From a virus (taxonomy: Duplodnaviria; Caudoviricetes): a stretch of 30,414 bases of DNA. The stretch lies in the IMG/VR virus record IMGVR_UViG_3300043772_001631, positions 1-30,414 of that record; one strand, 5' to 3'. A model generated the notes under the pieces. It was not told the DNA's origin, made no database searches, and saw nothing but the letters and a program-made list of their open reading frames with translations. Position 1 is the first letter of the stretch, and each line of letters begins with the position of its first letter. The position numbers and the translations under genes are program-made. Positions 26,782-30,414 of this stretch are shown one piece after another.

Positions 26782-27128
26782 TGCAAAGAGGGGCTAATAT
26801 AATTAATGCCATACAAAATTTAAAGATGGCGCAAGAACAATTTGATGATTTTTGCAGACAATACCCTAATACTAAAGGTTATCATTTATTTAAAGGATAT
26901 AGTAAGCGAATTGATTTTATATTTTCAGACATTATAACCCATCCATATATTACCGATGAAGTTAGGGACGGCATAAAGAAAGAAATAGCGAGTGATGTGT
27001 TTGCCGTTCCAGCTATCATCGAAAAGGTTGGATTAATAACGCCAGAACAAAGAGAAATTATAGAAAATACCCTAGACGCAATGTTGGATGGGCAAGATGT
27101 TAAGATTATAGATATAGAAGAAAAATAA
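26781..27128 (+). CDS. Hypothetical protein
   Basis: 115-aa ORF with a GTG start overlapping the upstream stop. Confidence 0.65.
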   Translation: MQRGANIINAIQNLKMAQEQFDDFCRQYPNTKGYHLFKGYSKRIDFIFSDIITHPYITDEVRDGIKKEIASDVFAVPAIIEKVGLITPEQREIIENTLDAMLDGQDVKIIDIEEK

Positions 27129-27138
27129 AATAAAAAAT

Positions 27139-27360
27139 ATGGAACAATTTGACTTTTGTATGCAGTTTGATAATGATGAAATTCATGTAATTGCAGCAGC
27201 AGAAAATTCGGACGGATTTATGGAAATAAAAATTACCCCAGTAATGGATGGTGGCGTAATGTTTCAAGATCCAACAACAGGTAAAAAAGTAAGATTATTT
27301 GCAAGACCAATTACGGATGCAGGTAGAGCAATATTAGAAGCCGAAAAGCCAGAAGAATAA
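27139..27360 (+). CDS. Hypothetical acidic protein
   Basis: 73 aa with an A-rich start region. Confidence 0.7.
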   Translation: MEQFDFCMQFDNDEIHVIAAAENSDGFMEIKITPVMDGGVMFQDPTTGKKVRLFARPITDAGRAILEAEKPEE

Positions 27361-27539
27361 TGAAGAAACAGGTTTGTACAAAGTGTAAGGTTAAAAAACC
27401 ATCGACAGATTTTTCAGTAGATAAACGAGCAACAAGCGGAAGATGTACCCAGTGCAAAAAATGCATGGCTGCATATAAACGCAACAGATTTAAGCAAGAA
27501 ATTGTTGCTTATGATTTTTTCCCAGATTACGCCGCTTAG
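27360..27539 (+). CDS. Small zinc-finger protein (59 aa; not in the track)
   Basis: MKKQVCTKCKVKKPSTDFSVDKRATSGRCTQCKKCMAAY..., a CxxC...CxxC module like the N-terminal Zn finger of phage HNH/Endo VII proteins. TAATG overlap. Confidence 0.75.
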   Translation: MKKQVCTKCKVKKPSTDFSVDKRATSGRCTQCKKCMAAYKRNRFKQEIVAYDFFPDYAA

Positions 27540-27820
27540 GATTTCTTATGTGCGTTAGCAAACTTACGAGCTGCTTCAACGCTACCAAATCCCCAAGCTT
27601 TCAAAGCTAATGCTTTACGAGTTGGTTCTCCGTTTGGTTTTTTCATAGCACCAGTCATACCAGCAAATCTTGCTGCAAATGAAACTCTACGAGGATTAGT
27701 TCCAGATTTTACTGGAGCTTTTAAATTTCCTCCTGTTTCTGCGTTATAAGATGCTCTACCCTTTGCGTTTAGACCACCTTCCGGGTTTTTACCCTCTTTT
27801 CTCTGCCAAGCTCCTGCCAT
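27536..27820 (-). CDS. Conserved small basic phage protein (DUF6321-like)
   Basis: AWQRKEGKNPEGGLNAKGRASY...RRVSFAARF...ALKAW motif set, common in aquatic phages. Confidence 0.8.
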   Translation of the reverse strand: MAGAWQRKEGKNPEGGLNAKGRASYNAETGGNLKAPVKSGTNPRRVSFAARFAGMTGAMKKPNGEPTRKALALKAWGFGSVEAARKFANAHKKS

Positions 27821-27998
27821 AAGTTATGTTTGATTTGGTTCTAATATCTTTATGAGTGAATTGCCATAACTCACCCGTATCATTTAAAATGACTGTGTAA
27901 ATCGTATCCGTTTCATGGCCATAGTCGGTTACAAGCCAAATAATGCCATCGCCTTTTGGCGTTGTAACCTCTACCCGATTACGCGGTTCAAAAATCAT
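27789..27998 (-). CDS. Hypothetical protein
   Basis: 69 aa, VTTPKGDG...TGELW motif, overlapping both neighbours. Confidence 0.7.
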   Translation of the reverse strand: MIFEPRNRVEVTTPKGDGIIWLVTDYGHETDTIYTVILNDTGELWQFTHKDIRTKSNITYGRSLAEKRG

Positions 27999-28147
27999 TT
28001 GCTTTCTGCTTTGATCTTCTTCTCTTGTTTTAGCATTTCAGGTGTTGGTTTTTTACCAGAACCTCTATTTGCTCGGATATTATCCCACAATCCGCGCGGT
28101 GAATATGATCCATCAGCGCGTTTCATCATCTTTAATTTGTTTTTCAT
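27995..28147 (-). CDS. Small basic protein (50 aa; not in the track)
   Basis: MKNKLKMMKRADGSYSPRGLWDNIRANRGSGKKPTPEMLKQEKKIKAESK, with an ATGA overlap into the next gene. Confidence 0.75.
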   Translation of the reverse strand: MKNKLKMMKRADGSYSPRGLWDNIRANRGSGKKPTPEMLKQEKKIKAESK

Positions 28148-28163
28148 ACGCTAATTTACGAAT

Positions 28164-28460
28164 TTATTTCCAATTTTCAGATTTCCAAATAACTAAATCT
28201 ATCCCTTTTAAGCCATTTGGAGGCGTTTTTTGGTTTTCAACAGGTATTTCCTCTATTTTGGAATTATCTTCCAAATTTGAGGCGGTTTTGTCGTAAGGAG
28301 GCATATCTTTAAATGGTGCGCCTCTCTTAACTTGCTTTTCGCCATAATTATCCATCAAATAATTTACTACTTGCTGGGCAGATGTCAAATTCTGCTCTTT
28401 TTGAATTAATTCCAACTTTTCTAAGTCAAATCTAACTCCAATTGGTTTGCTTTTTGCCAT
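28164..28460 (-). CDS. Putative ribbon-helix-helix DNA-binding protein
   Basis: N-terminal KPIGVRFD strand followed by two helices, with operator-like palindromes upstream. Confidence 0.6.
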   Translation of the reverse strand: MAKSKPIGVRFDLEKLELIQKEQNLTSAQQVVNYLMDNYGEKQVKRGAPFKDMPPYDKTASNLEDNSKIEEIPVENQKTPPNGLKGIDLVIWKSENWK

Positions 28461-28466
28461 ATTTTA

Positions 28467-28547
28467 AATTGTAGCTACAAAATTAAGGATAAAATTTGAA
28501 ATGTAGCTACAAAAAATGGGTTATTTTTGCCAAATGTAGCTACAAAA
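28467..28547. promoter_or_regulatory. Three palindromic TGTAGCTACA operator-like sites and an overlapping minus-strand -7 box
   Basis: Copies at 28470-79, 28502-11 and 28535-44. TAATTTTG on the minus strand at 28478-85. Confidence 0.8.
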
Positions 28548-28549
28548 TA

Positions 28550-28820
28550 CTCCACTCAAAACAATAGAAACAAACCCACCCAAACCAAGCGCCACCAGTC
28601 CAACCAGTGCCAGCCCTAACCAGTACCCACGACCAACGCCAAACGCACGCCACCAAAGGAACACAACCACCAAACGCCCAAAGCAAAAACACACCTACCC
28701 AGTGCAAGAAAACCAAAGCCCAAACGGAGGCGCAACCGATTTTCAGCGGGGGGTACCCCAAATGAGTATTGATGTAGTTGAGATTTTTTAATTTTACCGA
28801 TGGTGGAAAGTGGTGGGGGA
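28550..28820. other. Strand-skewed non-coding tract with a GGGGTACCCC palindrome (candidate genome terminus / packaging site)
   Basis: Only 8 T in 28561-28740, palindrome at 28750-59, located at a divergent transcription switch. Confidence 0.5.
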
Positions 28821-28826
28821 TATAAT

Positions 28827-28841
28827 TTTTTCGTATATTTG
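28827..28841 (+). promoter_or_regulatory. -7 promoter (TTTTTCG-TATATTTG)
   Basis: Identical over 14 nt to the tail-operon promoter at 7197-7210, 14 nt before ATG 28856. Confidence 0.75.
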
Positions 28842-28855
28842 GTAAAATATTTTTT

Positions 28856-29101
28856 ATGGCTTTAAAGGCAATGAAAAAAATGGTAATTGAGGAGGAAGAT
28901 AAGGATTACGTTACCAAAGATGAGAAAGGTTATACTATGACTTCTAAGGTAAAGCGTCCAGAAGGTACTCGTTACTACAAAAGCAGCAGCCCGAATTTAT
29001 CAATGGCTCAAAAGATGAATAGATTCAAAGCCATGACAAATCCAGCTGATTCAGTAACATCTAGTTCATTAAGTAAAATAGAATTAGAAAAATTAAAATA
29101 A
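28856..29101 (+). CDS. Small Lys/Met-rich protein starting MALKAMKK
   Basis: 81 aa, first gene of a promoter-to-terminator three-gene unit. Confidence 0.75.
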   Translation: MALKAMKKMVIEEEDKDYVTKDEKGYTMTSKVKRPEGTRYYKSSSPNLSMAQKMNRFKAMTNPADSVTSSSLSKIELEKLK

Positions 29102-29107
29102 ATTGAC

Positions 29108-29386
29108 ATGGCATTAAAGGCAATGAAAAAACCAGTTGTGGTAAAAGACACAGCAACGGCTGATCCAGATATTCAACCTTGGATGGCTAAATTCAATGCT
29201 CAAACAAGGGCAGAAATGAAAAACCCTAAGTTAGCGGAAGAAAGACGCAGAATGGAAGATTCTGTAATGAAAGCCAAGTTCCTTAAAGGTAGAGCAATGG
29301 ATCGTGCTAGATATATCAAAGAAGGTTATAAAGTAGAAGATAGACCTAGCGGTTCAACAGTTTATACAAAACCATCTGGTAAATAA
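29108..29386 (+). CDS. Small Lys/Met-rich protein starting MALKAMKK
   Basis: 92 aa, same first 8 residues as the upstream gene. Confidence 0.75.
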   Translation: MALKAMKKPVVVKDTATADPDIQPWMAKFNAQTRAEMKNPKLAEERRRMEDSVMKAKFLKGRAMDRARYIKEGYKVEDRPSGSTVYTKPSGK

Positions 29387-29388
29387 TT

Positions 29389-29625
29389 ATGTTAGAACAA
29401 ATAGTTGAAGAAAACAAACCACCTAAAAGTACATATATGCAAACCGATTTAGAAAAGAAAGTTTTAAACGATCCATACTCAAGTGCAAGAACCAAAGCTT
29501 TAAATGCAGCTAGTTCTTTTGGAAAAGGTAAAATGATTACCGAGTCTGAAAAAATGATTATGGCTAATAAAAAGAAGCCTATGGTAATCAAGAAAACAGT
29601 TAAGGTAATGAAAAAACCCATGTAA
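29389..29625 (+). CDS. Small Lys/Met-rich basic protein
   Basis: 78 aa, ending MANKKKPMVIKKTVKVMKKPM. Confidence 0.7.
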   Translation: MLEQIVEENKPPKSTYMQTDLEKKVLNDPYSSARTKALNAASSFGKGKMITESEKMIMANKKKPMVIKKTVKVMKKPM

Positions 29626-29656
29626 GACATAGCTTTCCCCAAAGCAAATACCCAAA

Positions 29657-29684
29657 GAGCCTCCCTTAAAAAAGGAGGTTTTTT
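29657..29684 (+). terminator. Intrinsic terminator
   Basis: GAGCCTCC-loop-GGAGGTTT-TTT. Confidence 0.8.
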
Positions 29685-29717
29685 ATTTGATATACAATTA
29701 TATATCTTTCACCAAAA

Positions 29718-29744
29718 TGATGTATATTGCATCAAATTGCATCA
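29718..29744. promoter_or_regulatory. Operator-like inverted and direct repeats upstream of an RHH gene
   Basis: TGATGTA-TAT-TGCATCA (29718-34) and ATTGCATCA twice (29726-34, 29736-44). Confidence 0.6.
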
Positions 29745-29745
29745 C

Positions 29746-29928
29746 ATGAAAAAAAGAATAACAATTAGTCTATCCGAACAAAGTTACATTAAACTACAAC
29801 TTTTAGCAGACAAAAAGAAATGGTCATTAAGCAAAACAGTAGAAGATATTTTGGAAAGACAACTGGCTAAATACAAGCCAGAAAATAAAAACATCGCTGG
29901 GATAGTTTATGAAAAAAGTAATTCTTAA
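29746..29928 (+). CDS. CopG/Arc-like ribbon-helix-helix regulator
   Basis: MKKRITISLSEQSYIKLQLLADKKKWSLSKTVEDILE. Likely start is ATG 29746. Confidence 0.8.
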   Translation: MKKRITISLSEQSYIKLQLLADKKKWSLSKTVEDILERQLAKYKPENKNIAGIVYEKSNS

Positions 29929-30367
29929 TATAACACCCCAGACTCATGTTAGAGCAACTCAGGGTGATTCAATCTTTTTCAGGATACCCAGAGAAAAGCT
30001 TCGACCTTCTGGATTAAGCAGACTCAAAAGACTAGAGAGGTATAACAATTATAAAGTTGAACTTGGAGCAGAAGCCAAAAGGAAAGGATTTGTATTTCCT
30101 CCGGTTGGAGCTTCCATAACTTTCTTTGTACCAGTCCCACCCTCTTGGTCTAAGAAAAAAAAGAAATTATATCATGGCACCTTCCACCAGTCAAAACCAG
30201 ACTTAGACAATTTACTCAAGGCCTTAATGGATTCCCTAATGGCAGAGGACAAACAGATCGCGCACATCGAACTGGCAAAAAGATGGGTTGACTTTGAAAC
30301 TGGGTGGATAGAAATTTCCTACAAAGAATACGAAGAAGTCCTCTCCCTCCCCTCCCCCAAAGAATAA
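29909..30367 (+). CDS. rusA: RusA-family Holliday junction resolvase
   Basis: KPDLDNLLKALMDSL..ED..I catalytic motif and FFVPVPPSWSKKKK. Confidence 0.88.
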   Translation: MKKVILNITPQTHVRATQGDSIFFRIPREKLRPSGLSRLKRLERYNNYKVELGAEAKRKGFVFPPVGASITFFVPVPPSWSKKKKKLYHGTFHQSKPDLDNLLKALMDSLMAEDKQIAHIELAKRWVDFETGWIEISYKEYEEVLSLPSPKE

Positions 30368-30414
30368 CTCCGCCAAAGACTCGGCGTCTATGAGTATTAT
30401 ATACACGCAGACTT

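Noticed and set aside
28540-28761. 73-aa Trp/Gly/Val-rich minus-strand ORF
   Set aside because: The lack of stops follows from the absence of A on that strand. Composition and codon use are unlike the other genes, and it ends inside an operator.
5627-29642. Short track ORFs antisense to or nested in real genes (e.g. 5627, 8310, 9885, 10590, 12592, 13973, 14112, 14798, 16092, 17841, 19992, 21731, 22512, 23142, 24523, 25344, 27915, 28042, 29346)
   Set aside because: They overlap well-supported genes or regulatory regions and lack start context and recognisable motifs.

Overview
Part of an AT-rich dsDNA tailed phage genome that most likely infects Bacteroidota (TAnnTTTG -7 promoters, no Shine-Dalgarno motifs, A-rich start regions). 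The virion module is of the crAss-like / Cellulophaga-podovirus type. The minus strand of 1-24289 encodes, in transcription order: Cro-like HTH, DUF4373-like replication initiator with internal iterons, primase-helicase fusion, SSB, several small ORFs, three glycosyltransferase genes, a GroES-like protein, putative TerS, TerL, portal, putative decoration protein, scaffold, major capsid protein, tail ring proteins with a GroES among them, and a >1600-aa tail stabilisation (muzzle-type) protein. That last ORF runs off the left edge and is missing from the ORF track. 24408-27539 holds plus-strand early/recombination genes (NinG-like, YqaJ-like exonuclease). 27536-30367 holds small basic proteins, two ribbon-helix-helix regulators with visible operators, a strongly skewed non-coding tract with a GGGGTACCCC palindrome, and RusA. 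Best candidate for an undescribed system: four glycosyltransferase domains next to the packaging genes, plus a tail protein with poly-Thr mucin-like linkers between Cys-bracketed adhesin-like domains, suggesting phage-encoded virion O-glycosylation. All functional calls come from motif recognition and gene order; no searches were run.
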